A DNA stretch of 64,000 bases. Source: the human T2T-CHM13v2.0 reference genome, Homo sapiens. Positions 27,799 to 42,746 of this stretch are shown here, piece after piece. The position numbers were made by a program, and so were the translations under genes. The stretch is from positions 19,232,001-19,296,000 of the forward strand of contig CP068257.2 of assembly GCA_009914755.4 (NCBI GenBank), read 5' to 3'. The notes under the pieces were generated by a model. That model saw only the letters and a program-made list of their open reading frames with translations. It did not search any database and was not told the origin of the DNA. Every line of letters starts with the position of its first letter. Position 1 is the first letter of the stretch.

Positions 27799-29047
27799 AA
27801 CAGTTGATTGTTATTAGGGAATAGATTGAGAAAGACAAACTGTTAGATAGATTAAGGAATAAGTAAGAGAGAATGAGAAGGTCCCTCTGTTTTTAGCATT
27901 TTAGGGGCCAGGGGTCAGCACCCAGTTAACACAGTAGAAATTGTGAAGTATTGAAAGGGAGTATTAATATATCAGAAAGTAATAAAATTGCAGTGTAAAC
28001 TCCCTTTTGCCAAATTTTTAAGTATTTTGGAGTAAGATTTTATTCATATTTCAGAGGCATACCATAATGACATTACTCATTACTCAAGGAATGAGCAAGC
28101 TTTTTCAAGTTTTAGCAACATGATAATGGTAAAATTATAGGAAAAGGGTGAAATTGAAGAAACCGCTCTCTCATTGAATCCTTGCACTGAATTTCAGGTA
28201 GATATGGACCTCTGTAAACTATAAATGAGAAAATAGTGACTAGCATAGTTATTAAAGAGGCACAGCCAGGATTAGAAAACAGTGTTTAAAAAATAAAATT
28301 AAAACTTTCTCATTTTAACCCATTCATCAATGTAAGACAGAGAAAAAATACATTTAGAAATGGCATAATGGAGGCTGTAACTAGTACAGAAAACTTCCTA
28401 TTCTTTTTTATGTTCTTAAAAAAGTTAAAATGAATCTTTACATATCTAGCAAAATCCCCAAGTTTTACTCCAAAACGTTATTTTTCAGGAACAATGATTT
28501 ATTGAAAGAGAGGAGTAATAATGGATTGAATAGAACAACTTTGAAGCTGTTTGTAATTTCCTCTGAGGCAAAGACGTTGTTCAGAAAACATTCACAGAAT
28601 AAATAAATCTTTGCTTATCTAAACGCACGCATGATGCTTACTACACTATGTTCTCCTGAAATTGCAAGCATTAATTCATTTATTCTTTCAAGCGTCTGGG
28701 TCTATTGACTCTTTCTCTTATGGGAAAAGAGACTCAATTCAGTATTGTAAATGAAGATAATTTAATCGAGGGAATTTATTACAAATGGAAGTGCTAAGAA
28801 CCTCAACGAGGGAAGATGAGGCATCCCAGTAAGCAACGGCAGAAACCTGCACTAGTTTTTGAGTGGAGACAAAAACAAGAGGAGCAGAGATTGCCAGAGC
28901 CTAGGGCCCAAGTCACCCAACAGAAGCTGGAACAACAGAGGTACTATCCAGCAGTAGCTAGAGCCACGGCCCGCAGCCATTGTCCAGGGGTAGACGCAGC
29001 CATGAATGATGCACAGTTGTTAGAGAAGTCAACAAAGGAAGAGAGAG

Positions 29048-29426
29048 TGTTAAGGGCTGAATCATGGTCCCTTGAAATTCATACGTTGAAGTCCTAACAC
29101 CCAGTACTTCAGAATGTAACTGTATTTGGAGATAGGGTCTTTAAGGAGGTAAATATGATAAAATAAGGTTATATGGACAGGCCCTAATCCAGTAGGACTG
29201 GTGTCTTTATAAGAAGGAGATATTAGGACACAGACAACACATAGGCTGAGAGGCCACCATCTTCAAGATGGTAACAGAGGCCTTAGAGGAAAAAATAATA
29301 ATAAAAATAAAAAGAAAACCACCTTGCTGACACTTTGATCTTGGACCTTCAGCTTCCAGATTTGTGAGAAAATAAATCTGTTATTAATAAGTATTTTGTT
29401 GTAGCAGCCCTAGCAATATAACAGAG
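29048..29426 (+). mobile_element. solo LTR of ERVL-MaLR type (MLT1-like)
   Basis: tgttaagggctgaatcatggtccc.tgaaattcata.gttgaag.cctaacacccagtac.tcagaatgtaactgtatttggagatagggtctttaaggaggtaa...ggacacagacaacacataggctgagaggccaccatcttcaagatgg..acagaggcc...ttgatcttggaccttcagcttccagatttgtgagaaaataaatctgtt...ttgtagcagccctagcaata. Confidence 0.65.
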
Positions 29427-29872
29427 AGAAGCTAGAACTATACCCTGGCTTCTGCTTTCCTCTAGCCCGACAGCCCCCGATCTTTGCCTCCCGTTGGCAA
29501 ACACAACAGTTGACCTGGATCCTGGAAAGTGTAGCCTACAGGAGTAGATCCCCTGTGTGAGATGAAGCAGAACAGCTAAAAGCACAGGGAAAGCATACAT
29601 CATAACAACCTTACATACTGTGCTACGCCTATTTTAAAGAGAAGCAACTGTGAGGCTCAGATAGGTCAAGCTACACACCTGAAATCACAGCTAGTTATGG
29701 CTCCAAGTCCATGCCTTAATCAATATCTATGCTAACTCTCAGGGTTAATAAGCTCCAGGATTGTTACAAGTTGATGGGGTTACACCTTTCCTTTGCTACC
29801 CCTTTTACCATTTTCAGTAAAAATATTTAATTAGGATAATCTCAGAATACTAATGTAATGTACAGCATCAAA

Positions 29873-29873
<1 letters not shown>

Positions 29874-29912
<39 letters not shown>
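29874..29912. repeat. (GT)n microsatellite, about 19 units
   Basis: perfect gt run. Confidence 0.9.
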
Positions 29913-30062
29913 TGTATAATAAACTCTCCAGAATGTTTTGCCAAACTGATTCCACTAAATCAAATATTACCAAATGTTTAAAATGGCTAACATTTTAAAT
30001 GTTATATCTTGTTTCTTTTTTTTTCTTTTTTTAAATCAATGAGTTGATTATCATGAGTTGAT

Positions 30063-30318
<256 letters not shown>

Positions 30319-30373
30319 TTCTAATCTTTTTCTTTGTTAAGTGCTATGTAGTATGCATTTATTTAAATTGGGA

Positions 30374-30414
30374 GTGTGTGGGTGTGTGTGTGTGTGCGCG
30401 TGCGTGCACGTGTA
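30374..30414. repeat. imperfect (GT)n/(GC)n microsatellite
   Basis: gtgtgtgggtgtgtgtgtgtgtgcgcgtgcgtgcacgtgtatg. Confidence 0.7.
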
Positions 30415-31699
30415 TGTTTGGAAGAATTTAACAGCAGCTTAAAATAAGACTATTAAAATTAGATGTTCTGTGAGATAAAAATTATATTGTTTAAATTTGC
30501 CCAAGGGTATTTTATTATTCCTTTCATTGGCTAACCAGATTATCAGATTATTGATGCTTTCACTTCTGTACACGCATCTGACTGAAATTAGTCAGTCTTA
30601 GTTTTGCCAGAACAATTGGTTAATTAGGAAGGAAACTCATAAATTGCTGAGGGTTATAAAAAGAAAGAAACTAGATGATTATATAACTCTTTTTTATCTG
30701 ATCCAAGATTATGAGTGGCTTATAGACAGGGGATCCGTCTTAAGTGTTAAGTGTTTTGTTCATAACAGACCATCTGAACCTACTCTTCCATGATTTATCA
30801 TAATTCATCAGGGTCTCCTAACTCATGCTTGAGTGGCAGTTTTATTGCTATTAATTCCAATAATTTGGAATTCATGCTTTAAAAGCATTAATGAGACATC
30901 TAATAAATGCACTGATTTCTGCCAGATAAGTAAATACAAATTGTTATTGGGTAATATGTTGTGCATATTAATGAAAACGTTTTCAAAGTACATGCTCTAT
31001 CCAATGATATCATTGATGCAGTCGGGCACTTCATAAATTGTTCAAAAGTACTTATAAATAGTGTTTTTGAACAAATGAGTGGCCTACTGAATAAATAATT
31101 TGATTACTTCATAAAAAATGTTTTTTTCTGGAGCATTTCTCTTCTACCAGCATAAAATTTGCAATATATCCTCACTCTCCTACTTCTATTTAAAACTTTC
31201 AGACTCTGAGAAATTCTGATAACTCCATAATAACCTTGAGAGGAAAGCTCAAATGGTCTTTCATGTCTTAGGATCCTGAAGATGTATCACCTTTTTAATA
31301 GAATCTCTTGGTTGTTTTGCATAATTCATGGCTCACATAAGACTTTAACAAGGAGAAATGCATACTTTATATGATGTTTTGCTGGCATTCTGCATATTGA
31401 TTGTCTATTATATTTTATGTCTTGATTGCAATATTTTTCTGAAATAATTCACTTTTAACTGGTAAGACTATAATACTAAGAGTGACTTGAAAATATATAT
31501 ACTAGTAGTTTTTGATATTTGCATACTCTAATCCTTTGTCATTTCATATTTCAAAGCTGAGGCAATTCTAGATGCTATATGATTTATAAGACATTAAGAA
31601 AGACCCCTTTTGGATAGAGCTTCATGATCATCTGTCAGTGATACTAGAACACCAATGCTTTAACCAAATCTTGCATCAGACCCTCCCCAGAAAAGCACT

Positions 31700-31906
31700 G
31701 AGGCCTGTCAGGGGGTCTTGGGGATGTTAGTGGGAGGGAGAGCATCAGGAAGAATAGCTAATTGATGCTGGGCTTAATACCTAGGTGATGGGTTGATCTG
31801 TGCAGCAAACTCCCATGGTACACGTTTACCTATGCAATAAACCTGCGCATCTGGCCCATGTTCCTGGAACTTAAAATAAATGTTGAAGGAAAAAAATCAT
31901 TTAAGA
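31700..31906 (+). mobile_element. L1 3'-terminal fragment (end of 3'UTR plus A-rich tail)
   Basis: gaggcctgtcagggggt.ttgggg...gggaggga...cat.aggaa.aatagctaat..atgctgggcttaatacctaggtgatgggttgatctgtgcagcaaac.cccatgg.acacgtttacctatg.aataaacctgcgcat.tggcccatgttcctggaacttaaaataaatgttgaaggaaaaaaa. Confidence 0.7.
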
Positions 31907-32147
31907 GCAAAGCCTTAATAATGTTTATTATAAACTATTGTTATTTCCCCCCAAATTGCAATTATAGTACAATGCAGATGAATATTCATGCAATAAGTTT
32001 CAAGATAAAGAAATAATATTTTCATTGATATTTTAAGCATACCTCACTCTTCATTTTCACTTTAGAGGGGAAAAAAACAAAGCAATCAACCTATAAACAT
32101 AAGTAGAATGATTTTCAAAGTACTTGATTCTTTAAAAATGAACTTTA

Positions 32148-32454
<307 letters not shown>

Positions 32455-33467
32455 TTAAGTTTTTTTATAATCTACTTTTACTAGTTGAATAATCTAAGCC
32501 CCTTTGTATGTGGTTGAAATGGCTATTTCTTATTAGTCATTTTTTTTTTCCACTAATAAACAATGTGTACAAATAGTGTGAAATTCATAGTCGTCTTTCC
32601 TACTCTAACCTTCATTTCCCGGTGCAAATATGTTTGCTTTGGAGTTTTCTGAAATTTGATTCAGAATGAATTTATCTTGAATGACAGAAAATAGGGATAT
32701 GTTAAATAAAGGCTAATCACAAGGAGACTCAAAAATAGAAAATATATTTATAAAAGATGTATGTAATTCAACCTTTCCTGAAAATATATCTAAGCACATT
32801 TCTAGGTCACACAATAAATAGAATTGAATCCTTCCAAATGACCACTTAATTTTTCCCTTACTCTTCAAGAATAATACTGTGATTGCTTCACCCTTTGAAG
32901 GTAAACTCGATGATAAACATAAAAGATTCAGGAATCTGAGCAAGTAGGCAGCATAAAAAAATCAGTAAAAATGGTTATTCTTCATTTTTATGCAGCTGTT
33001 TGATTTTTTTCTTTTGTTCAAATGATGGTATTGTAAAGTAGATAGAGCCTGAGATGACATGATTGTACGAATATGTGTGAGAAGTAAACAGATATTCAGC
33101 TCTGAAGACAATGCTGCCTTTCTTACCCATTTTGGCATGTAAAAGAGAACATTTTGACCTAGTACAGTCTGCAATATGACAATGAAAATGAAAGTAATAC
33201 TTGAGTTAACATGCTAAGGCACAACTCCAGGACACATCGTTTTCAAAGTCACTCTTTTTAAATTTAATATAAAGAATAAACACATTCATAGTACTGGGAA
33301 AACTTGTTATTATATCAAAAAATAAAATCTCTACTTTATTTGTCTAATGTGATTTGTCCAGATAGATTTATAGATCATTGCATAAAAATTCACCAAGCTC
33401 CTTTGGGAAATACAAATGAAAATTCAACCTGAAAATCTGATATATTTGTTTTAGAGTTGTGGCAAAG

Positions 33468-33680
33468 CAGTGGTTTTCAACTAAAGGTGATTTTTTTTTT
33501 CCCTCCAGGGGACATTTTGCAATGCCTGGAAATATTTTTGTTTTTCACAACTGGGAAGGTGTAACTGTCATCTAGTGGGTAGCAGCCTAGGATGCTGGTC
33601 AACATCCTAAAATGTACAAAGCCCTCTTATAATTATTCAGCCCAAGATGTCAATCATGCTGAGACTGAGCAGCCCTTTCA
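33468..33680 (+). mobile_element. non-autonomous DNA transposon relic (hAT-type MITE-like)
   Basis: terminal cagtggttttcaac... followed by ggggacatttt.gcaatgcctggaaatatttttg.ttt.cacaactgggaaggtg.aactg.catctagtgggtag.agcc.agga.tgctg.t.aacatcctaaaatgtaca..gcc.c....aataatt.agcccaa.atgtcaat.atgctgag..tgag.a.ccc..., an element I recognise from memory but cannot name with certainty. Confidence 0.4.
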
Positions 33681-35271
33681 GAAATAAGTGTTGTTTTGTG
33701 GAATGTGAAGATGTGTCTCTCCTTGAAAACTCTGTTGTCATTGTGCTCAGATGTCTCTATAATCTCTAAGTCAAAATTGTACCTCTATCAAATCTCTATG
33801 GATCTGTGTTGAGAAAATAATTATATGGCTCTTTGCTCTGCCACCAGATTATGATTTATGGGTAAGATTAAAAAATTCTGAACTACTGCTGCCAGCCAGA
33901 TGTTAAAAAAAGTTTATTTGTAAAGAGTCCACTGTTGATGATTACTTGGGTAGGATGGGTATAATGTAAGAGGGAGAAGAAAAAAAGTAATCAAAACAGT
34001 AAATTTGAGAGGTATATCCTAATATTTTGAAATGAATGACAGTGACAGCAAGCATGCCCAGCAACAGTACCCTGTTAGGAAACACTGTGAAGCTGAAATA
34101 AGTCCATAGAGCCAGAATCTAACCTCATAAGCTCTGATGTTCTAAGAAATAAAAAGATTAAAATCCACTGGCTAATATCGATAGGCTGGGGGATGCTGAG
34201 GGAAGAAATAGATCATTATTTCTCACTATCAGTATTCTAACCACTGTCAATGGAGCACTTGTGCAAATGATGCCAAAGGACAAGCTCCAAGGTCTGTATG
34301 AGGTGTTTTCCCCTTGATGGATAAGAGGAGATAATGAAACAAGTGTCCATGTGTATGTTAGGTATTTTTTACATTATTCTTCTGGGTTTTCTTTTTAAAA
34401 TAAAGAGAAATTTTACATCAGTGCTTTTAGTTTTCAACATGTTTTAGATCTGTTTTAAAAAATCAAAAAATAATATAAATGGTAATGTTGACCCAATTAG
34501 CAGAATGCTTTAAATTAAAGTTGTCTTTCTAAATAATACTATTTACTGTGGAATCAAAAATAATCTATCATTCAGCCTTCTGACTGGGTCTTTATAAAAT
34601 TAACTCCTTGTAAGTTAGCCTCCTACTACTGATAGGGCATCGAGGAGCAATTCATGCCCAACTCGTGTATGACCTATGCAGTCCCATGGGACTCTGTACT
34701 CAGTTTAATATTATGCTGACATTGTCTTGAAATTATTAATGATATTTGAAGAAAGAGCCCTGCATTTTTATTTTCCACTAGGCCCTATACATTTATATAG
34801 CCAGTCCTATGGGAAATATTTGGGAGAAAGGACAGTGAAGAGCTGTCTTTGCTCTCATGAACACATCCTGGTAGAAAAGTAACCATAAGGAAGGGTCTGA
34901 GTCCTGGTCCTAGCAGATGGGGGCCACTGTAGTCAACGTGACATCCATCCCATTAAACAAGATTCTTTACATGAAGCCATTAAAAAAATGAAACCAAGTC
35001 CTTTGCAGCAACATGGTTGGAGCTGGAGGCTGTTATTCTAAGTGAAATAACTCAGAAACAGAAAATCAAATATCACATATTCTCACTTATAAGTGGGAGC
35101 TAAACAATGGCACACATGAAAGTAAAGACGGAAATAATAAACACTCAGGGCTTCACAAGGCAGGAGAGTGGGAGGGAGGTGAGGGTTAAAAAATTACCCA
35201 TTGGATACTATATTCAATACTGGGGTGATGAATACACTAAATGCCCAATCCCCACCATTACACTACATACC

Positions 35272-35888
35272 TGTGATGGTTAATACTGAGTGTCAACTTG
35301 ATTGCATTGAAGGATGAAAAGTATTGATCCTGGGTATGTCTGTGAGGGTGTTGCCAAAGGAAATTAACACCTAAGTCAGTGGACTGGAAGAGGCAGACCC
35401 ACCTTCATTCTGGGTGGGTACCATCTAGCCAGCTGCCAGTGAGGCTAGAATATAAAGCAGGAAGAAAAATGTGAAAAGACAAGGCTGGCCTAGCCACCCA
35501 GCCTACATCTTTCTCCCGTGCTGGATGCTTCCTGCCCTCGAACATCAGAGCCCAGGTTCTTTAGTTTTGGTGCTGGGACTGGCTGTCCTTGCTCCTCAGC
35601 TTGCAGACGGCATACTGGGACCTTGTGATCACGTGAGATAATACTCACATGCACACACACGCACACACATACACATTACCTACTCTGTGTGTGTGTGTGT
35701 ATATATATACACTACATACTTATATATATTAGCTATACAATTATTTATATTTATTATGTATAATTATATATTTATATATAATTATTTTATATAATTATTA
35801 TTACTTATATATAATTAAACACATAATTTTATATATATATATATATATATAATTATTTCTGTCCCTCTAGAGAACCCTGACTAATACA
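35272..35888 (+). mobile_element. ERVL-MaLR-type solo LTR nested inside the L1 3' end; carries a large internal microsatellite block
   Basis: tgtgatggttaatactgagtgtcaacttgattg...ggctagaatataaagcaggaag...cttgcagacggcatactgggaccttgtgatcacgtgagataatactc [simple repeats] ...ttctgtccctctagagaaccctgactaataca, the terminal motif matching the MaLR ...gaacggactaataca end. Confidence 0.55.
35648..35860. repeat. about 215-bp compound microsatellite/low-complexity block: (CA)n, (GT)n, (TA)n and AT-rich ATAATTATATA motifs
   Basis: acatgcacacacacgcacacacatacaca...ctctgtgtgtgtgtgtgtatatatatac...(taattatatat)n...atatatatatatatatatataat. Confidence 0.9.
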
Positions 35889-36658
35889 ATACCCATGGAA
35901 CAAACATGCCCATATATCCCCTGAATCTACAAACAACAATAACAATAACAAAACACATGGTGCTTAATATGGGCACTATTGATAATTTAGTTGCCTTGTT
36001 GCGGGGGCTTTCCTGAACACTGTAGAATGTCCAGAAACATTCCTGACCTCCTTCCACCTCACACAAGTAACAACAGCCTCCTCTCCTCCTCTATCCCCAG
36101 TGAATTTGTGGGTCAGGTTTGGAACCAGACCCACTTACTGGATGTATGATCATACATACTGGATGGACCTGAAGTGGTAAACACCACTGCAGTGTACTAA
36201 ATAGTTCCAAACAAGACTGGAGAGTAGTTGAATTTTAAGTAGCACCTATCTGTCGCCAGAAGATACATACATAGCTATAGGAGATGTGATGAGAATATTA
36301 TAATTCTAGAAATAAGATTTGAGCTAGCTATTTCTTGCTTTTAATTTAATGGAAATTTGCTTTTGTTGCATCCTCAAGTCTTCTAAGCAATCAAAATGTG
36401 CGTCTACTAAGTAAAAGATATTTCGACCCTTGCAATTGGGTTTTGTTAGAAGGGTAAATATGGCTATAGAAATAAAACAATTTATATCAGCATAAAGAGG
36501 TATATATTTGAGGTATCAAATGAGTGGTAAGAGTGATGAATTCTAGAAAAGTTTAGAGATTTAGAAACTAGAGTGTCGTCAGTTCTTCCAGTCTACCTGC
36601 ACCCCCACCCCCAAACTTCCAAGAAATGTTTGAGTCTTATGGAAAAAAAGTTATTTGA

Positions 36659-36974
36659 GGCCGGCCATGGTGGCTCACGCCTGTAATCCTAGCACTTTAG
36701 GAGGCCAAAGTGGGCGGATCACCTGAGGTCAGGAGCTCGAAACCAGCCTGGCCAACATAGTGCAACCGCGTCTTTAATAAAATACAAAAATTAGCCGCTA
36801 GGCATGGTGGCGAGTGACTATAATCCCAGTTACTTGGAGGCTGAGGCAGGATAATCGCTTAAACCCGGGAGGCAGAGGTTGCAGTGAGTTGAGGTCCCAC
36901 CACAGCATGCCAGCCCGGCGACAGAGTAAGTCTCCGTCTAAAAAAACAGAAAAAAAAAAAAAAAAGAAAAAAAG
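36659..36974 (+). mobile_element. Alu SINE (S-type), full length with interrupted A tail
   Basis: ggccggccatggtggctcacgcctgtaatcctagcactttaggaggcc...gcctggccaacatagtgcaaccgcgtctttaataaaatacaaaaattagcc...gcccggcgacagagtaagtctccgtctaaaaaaacagaaaaaaaaa. Confidence 0.9.
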
Positions 36975-38800
36975 GCAGTTGAGTATGGTAATAGTTCTTG
37001 AAGTTCTGCAGTCAAAGCAATATTTGTTTTTATTGAGGGTTATATAAGCATGTGTTGGGGGCCATGTGGGTTTGCATATATTTGTATGTGAAAGAAAGAG
37101 AGGGAGGAAGTAGATTAATGTCTTTCACACATGTCCAACAGAATCTAAGAAACAATGCTATGTTTCATGATTTTGATATACATTGTGGACATATTGAATA
37201 TTTTTCTTTTGCCCATTCATTTATTCACTAATGAATTTTTTCATTTATAATTTAATTGTCTGTTGTGTGTCAGGTATGGTTCTAGGCTTACAATAATAAT
37301 GGCCAAAAATGTACTGACACTTTTGGAATGTTCCATATGCCTTTTAGATTAAATTGGTGTGTAGCAGAAGTAGCATTTGATTAGCATACCCAGAAAGAGT
37401 CAAATTCAGTTCAATTTATGGCAGAAGAAATATTTAATACATGCCATTTATTTTGTCATTTTTATGTTAATTGTGTCATAAGACATAAGTTAATGCATTC
37501 TATATTCATTAATACTGCAATTCCTAATTATTCACTCTTATTCCCAGAAAAAGAAAAAATAATTTTTCCAATGGAATCTACTTCACAGCAAGTCAGGTGT
37601 TTACACTGAAATGCAGCATCTGTTCATTTTTCTGAAAGAAAGTTACAGATAAATTTTCCCTAGTTTCAGACATCCATGTACATTTCTCTTGAGCAATATT
37701 TTGATTGTTATTTTGTATACATTGTACATACATTGTATCCCTGCTGTGTATGATGCACATTATGATTCAGTAAATAAAGTTCGCTGAAAAAGCTCTTCTG
37801 AAAATACAAATACTGTCCGTACAATTTTTTGTTTCATACAAGTCTATATATCACATTCTAGGATTTCCTATACCTTGAACCATAAATTAACAACATATGG
37901 AAGAATCTATGCGGAGGGGCAATGTTGGGGCTATTTTACACACAAAACTGGTTTTCGGCTAATGATATCCAGAACCCAGAAATCACACCTCAGTTTATCC
38001 TGGGCCTGGGTTGAAGAGAGAGTACTATTAGCTTACTTACAAAAGTTTCTAAACATTGTTGAAATAACAATGTAAAATCATCTAAAAACAAATAAATCTG
38101 TATCTTTTAAATATAATTTAAAAATATTTCTGCTTAATTTTTTTAATCTAGACAATGCATCAAGAATATTTATTATATTTCTGCAAATAGTTGGTACAAT
38201 AGTGATTCCACATAGTCCAATAATACTTTAGAGGTACCATAGAGGCAACGCTAGAATACCTGTGGAAAATACAATGGCTAGTTCTGCATGCTACATCTCC
38301 AGCTTTTAATTGGCTCAATCTGAATATTACAAGCACACACATACACCTACATGCACACACTAATATCTAGTGTTTTAAGTAAAAATTAATATGAAAAATA
38401 GTACAATGATCATAAAGGTTTGAATAAATATTACAATATAATTTCAAATTAATTTGGAAATATCATTTTATGAATATTTTAATGACAAAATAATCAGAAT
38501 CATTGGAGTTGTAGTTGACATTCTAGCTTATGTTATAATAAAGCTGCTGGGAATCTGAAAGCTGAGTTCTTCCCTATGTTTAGGATTATACTTTGAGTGG
38601 ATTTGGTAAACACTAAGCAGTTGTGTGTGTGTGCAAGTGCATCCACGAGTGCAAAAATGACAATCATGAGTAATTTTTTCAAGTAGCGAACGTGAAAAAA
38701 TTACCAATCAAAAATTAGTGTTGTAACCAAAATCGTGTGAGAAAGAAAAGCCTTACCCTTGACGTCTTTTATTTCGAAAGTTTAAAAAAGGAAAATAAGG

Positions 38801-39242
<442 letters not shown>

Positions 39243-39321
39243 CTATAAGTTATTGAACTCATCTGGTGTCTGATTTTGTGTTCGGTATTCTGAAAACCTC
39301 ATTGTTTGAATCTTTTTAACA

Positions 39322-39455
39322 GTCCTGTGAAGCTGACACTTATCTCCGTTTCACTAAGAAACGAAGACATAAAGATATAATGGAAGTGCCCAAGGTTAAA
39401 GAGACAGTAAATACTAGATGTGGGGTTGGAATAAGTTCTACCAGACTACCTACTC
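39322..39455 (-). mobile_element. MIR (ancient tRNA-derived SINE) fragment
   Basis: ttatctccgtttcactaagaaacgaagacataaagatataatggaagtgcccaaggttaaagagacagtaaatactagatgtggggttggaataagttctaccagactacctactc aligns to the antisense MIR core (ttttacagatgaggaaactgaggcacagagaggttaagtaacttgcccaaggtcacacagctagtaagtggcagagccgggattcgaacccag...). Confidence 0.5.
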
Positions 39456-40621
39456 TTTATAAATAAATTATAATGTTTATAATATACAAATATAATGAAG
39501 ATTCTTTCGGGAGGTCAATGAAATAAAATTGTTTCTGGATAGATTTTAAACAAAAAGTGTTCCTGCTGCTCCCAACCACCTTATATATGTTTTATATCTT
39601 CTGCGCCTTTAGAATTAAAGAAATATTTAGGCACTCCTGAAGAATCGAAAGGAGAAAATTATGGAAAAAAAATATGAGAGAGGGTTGAATAGCAAGCAGT
39701 AGATTGTCGAGAGGTCTTGGTTGCAAAGATTTGTAGACTTAGCGTAGGTAAATGTATTTTAGAGAATGAGAAAATTAGAAGTAGCTGATTCCCCTCTGCT
39801 CAGTGCAGCTGGGGAATTGGAGCTTTTGCCCACATTGGCAACTGAGCAGATAGGTTGGAGGAAAGATTCCAAAAATACCACTGCCTAACTAAACCAATTG
39901 CAAGAGACTGCGGTACTTCTGAACATGGTACCTCTGTTATTCCCACCAGCTAATTCTGCGCCTTACTGAGAAGGCAGAAAGAATAACATAACCAATAAAA
40001 ATATTACTGGTAAAAAAATATAGTATCTAAGTTGGAAGAAAGTGGTCCTGTGTTCTTTGAGATGAATGTAATTATATAAAGTAATTTTATAACTGTTAAT
40101 TATATATTTTAAAATAAGCAAGGAACCAGCAAACTGGTAGAAGGGGGAAGAGTGTATAAAACAATTAGGATGAAAAAACTCAGCCAATTAAACACATACA
40201 AGAAAAGAAGTGAGCAAAAATGAGACTGAAAAAGTGGGACAAAGAAGAACATAAAATAAGATGTTCAAAATTATCCATATAGATAAGAATTCACAATATA
40301 TTACATGAAATAAAATTTCTTACTAACAGACTAATAAGGTGAGGTTGAATAGAGAAAGAAAATCCAGCTGTATGCTGTGTATAAAGATATACTGACAATA
40401 TAAGGAAAGAGAAACGCTGAAAGGTAAAGGATAAAAAAAATGCATGCTAGAGAAATGATAACAAAGGAAAGCTGGTTTAGCTTCAGTAATATAAAAAGAA
40501 ATGACTTTCATAAGCGGAAATTATTATTAAAAATAATACTATCATATTAAATTCACAGCAATGAGATAAAGATTCAAAAATTATCTGCAAAGGATCACAT
40601 AGCTCCAAAACACATGGATAA

Positions 40622-41011
<390 letters not shown>

Positions 41012-41503
41012 TAAAGGCACATATAATAAAACCAACACAATAAAAATTAGAAATTATCTGGTGAATAAATGTAGACTATGACATCAAACGATTTGATAGT
41101 ACATATTTTTCTCCAGCACAATTACAATATTTGTTTTTAAAGACTATATGTTAAGAGTTTTAAAAGGAGACTTTACAATAGAAACAAAAATACAAAAAGT
41201 ACACCCTCATTAAAAGAGGATTTAAGTCAATGGTTAGATGTACCAAATTCTACACTAAGAAATATAAACTCAATTCAAGTTTGTTAGAAATTTTACTTGG
41301 TTCATAATAGTATATGGTAAGTTAATTCTAAAATGTTTATGAAACAACTACAATAAAAGACCATGAATACACCAAGTACTTTTGAAGGAGTAGAAATAAA
41401 ATGGTTGGCTTGCTTTAAAATATTTTGGTTTATTGTGGAAACAGAGGTCGGATTTCTTAGACGACAATTAAAAACTCATATATATAATCTAGGGTTTAAC
41501 TTT

Positions 41504-41612
41504 TTCCTGTTTTCTTTTCCTTTTCCTTTTTCTTTCTTCTTTCTTTCTTTCTTTCTTGCTTGCTTGCTTGCTTTCTTGCTTTCTTTCTTTCTTTCTTTCT
41601 TTTTTTTTCTTT
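41504..41612. repeat. (TTTC)n / (CTTG)n / (TTCC)n compound microsatellite grown from the poly-A tail of the adjacent minus-strand Alu
   Basis: ttcctgttttcttttccttttcctttttctttcttctttctttctttctttcttgcttgcttgcttgctttcttgctttctttctttctttctttcttttttttt. Confidence 0.9.
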
Positions 41613-41904
<292 letters not shown>

Positions 41905-42746
41905 TAACTTTCTTATCAACACAGGAAACATAGAAGCTATAAAAGAAAAAAAGCATGCTTAGGTGTATAAAATTTAAAACTTTTGTAAGACAAAAGATAT
42001 GACAATGAAAGCTAGGATATACAAATAAATAGAAACAATATTTGAAACTTAGGGATCAGATAAAAGATTAATGTGTTTACTGTATAAAAAGCATATGCAA
42101 TTAAATCCAACCCAGAATACAAATGGGTAAATTATATGAAAAAATCACAAATAGCAAAACCATATAGCCAGTTAATAAATGATGTCGAATGGTGGCTCAA
42201 TCTTCTTGATGGTTAAGGAAATAAAAACCAAATTCACAGTAAAATATCAGTATGCTTCCAGCTTACTACCAAAAAAGAAATAATTCAATAACATTTACAT
42301 TTGGCAGAGATGGTGAGGGGCTGAGGACTATTTGAGATAGCTAAAAAAAGAGAGTTTAAAAAAATTAAATTTTTACGTAGGCATTTAAAAAATTATGTAA
42401 GTGTATCACACAAATGATTTTGCATCAAATAACATAGCATCTGCATCCATAACAACTCCATGGGACAAGGAAAAATAAAACCTGAGGGAATGGAAAAAGA
42501 AAACTTTAACCTTCACTATTCTATGACAAAACCAATGAGATAAAAATAGATATAAAAACAGCGAATCAGATCCAATTATAATATATTGTATTATACTTAT
42601 TGAAAATAGAGATTAGACAGTCTTTTCAAATGTACATGAAACATTTAAACAGTGATTATATATTTTCCTTTAAAAATCAATATATTTCAAAAAGAAAAAA
42701 TAGTACATAAAGCATTCTTTAATCTCAGTGGAATAAAACTGGACAT

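Larger units (their letters stand above)
34985..35954 (+). mobile_element. L1 3'-end fragment (end of 3'UTR plus A-rich tail), split by a nested LTR at 35272-35888
   Basis: 34985-35271: tttgcagcaacatgg.tggagctggaggc..ttattctaagtgaaataactcag.aacagaaaa.caaatatcacatattctcacttataagtgggagctaaacaatg..cacacatg.a...agacgg...acactcagggc..cacaaggcaggagagtgggagggaggtgagggttaaaaaattacccattggatactatattcaatactggggtgatgaatacactaaatgcccaatccccaccattacactacatacc; resumes at 35889-35954: atacccatggaacaaacatgcccatatatcccctgaatctacaaa..aataacaataacaaaa. Confidence 0.75.

Noticed and set aside
28816-29097. 93-aa plus-strand ORF (MRHPSKQRQKPALVFEWRQKQEEQRLPEP...) in a relatively GC-richer patch just upstream of the MLT1-like LTR
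   Set aside because: The peptide is low-complexity (Q/R/E-rich). Its 3' end (...RVLRAESWSLEIHTLKS) reads into the LTR start (tgttaagggctgaatcatggtccc.tgaaattcata.gttgaag.cctaacacc). No homology to known proteins that I can recall. Treated as a chance ORF.
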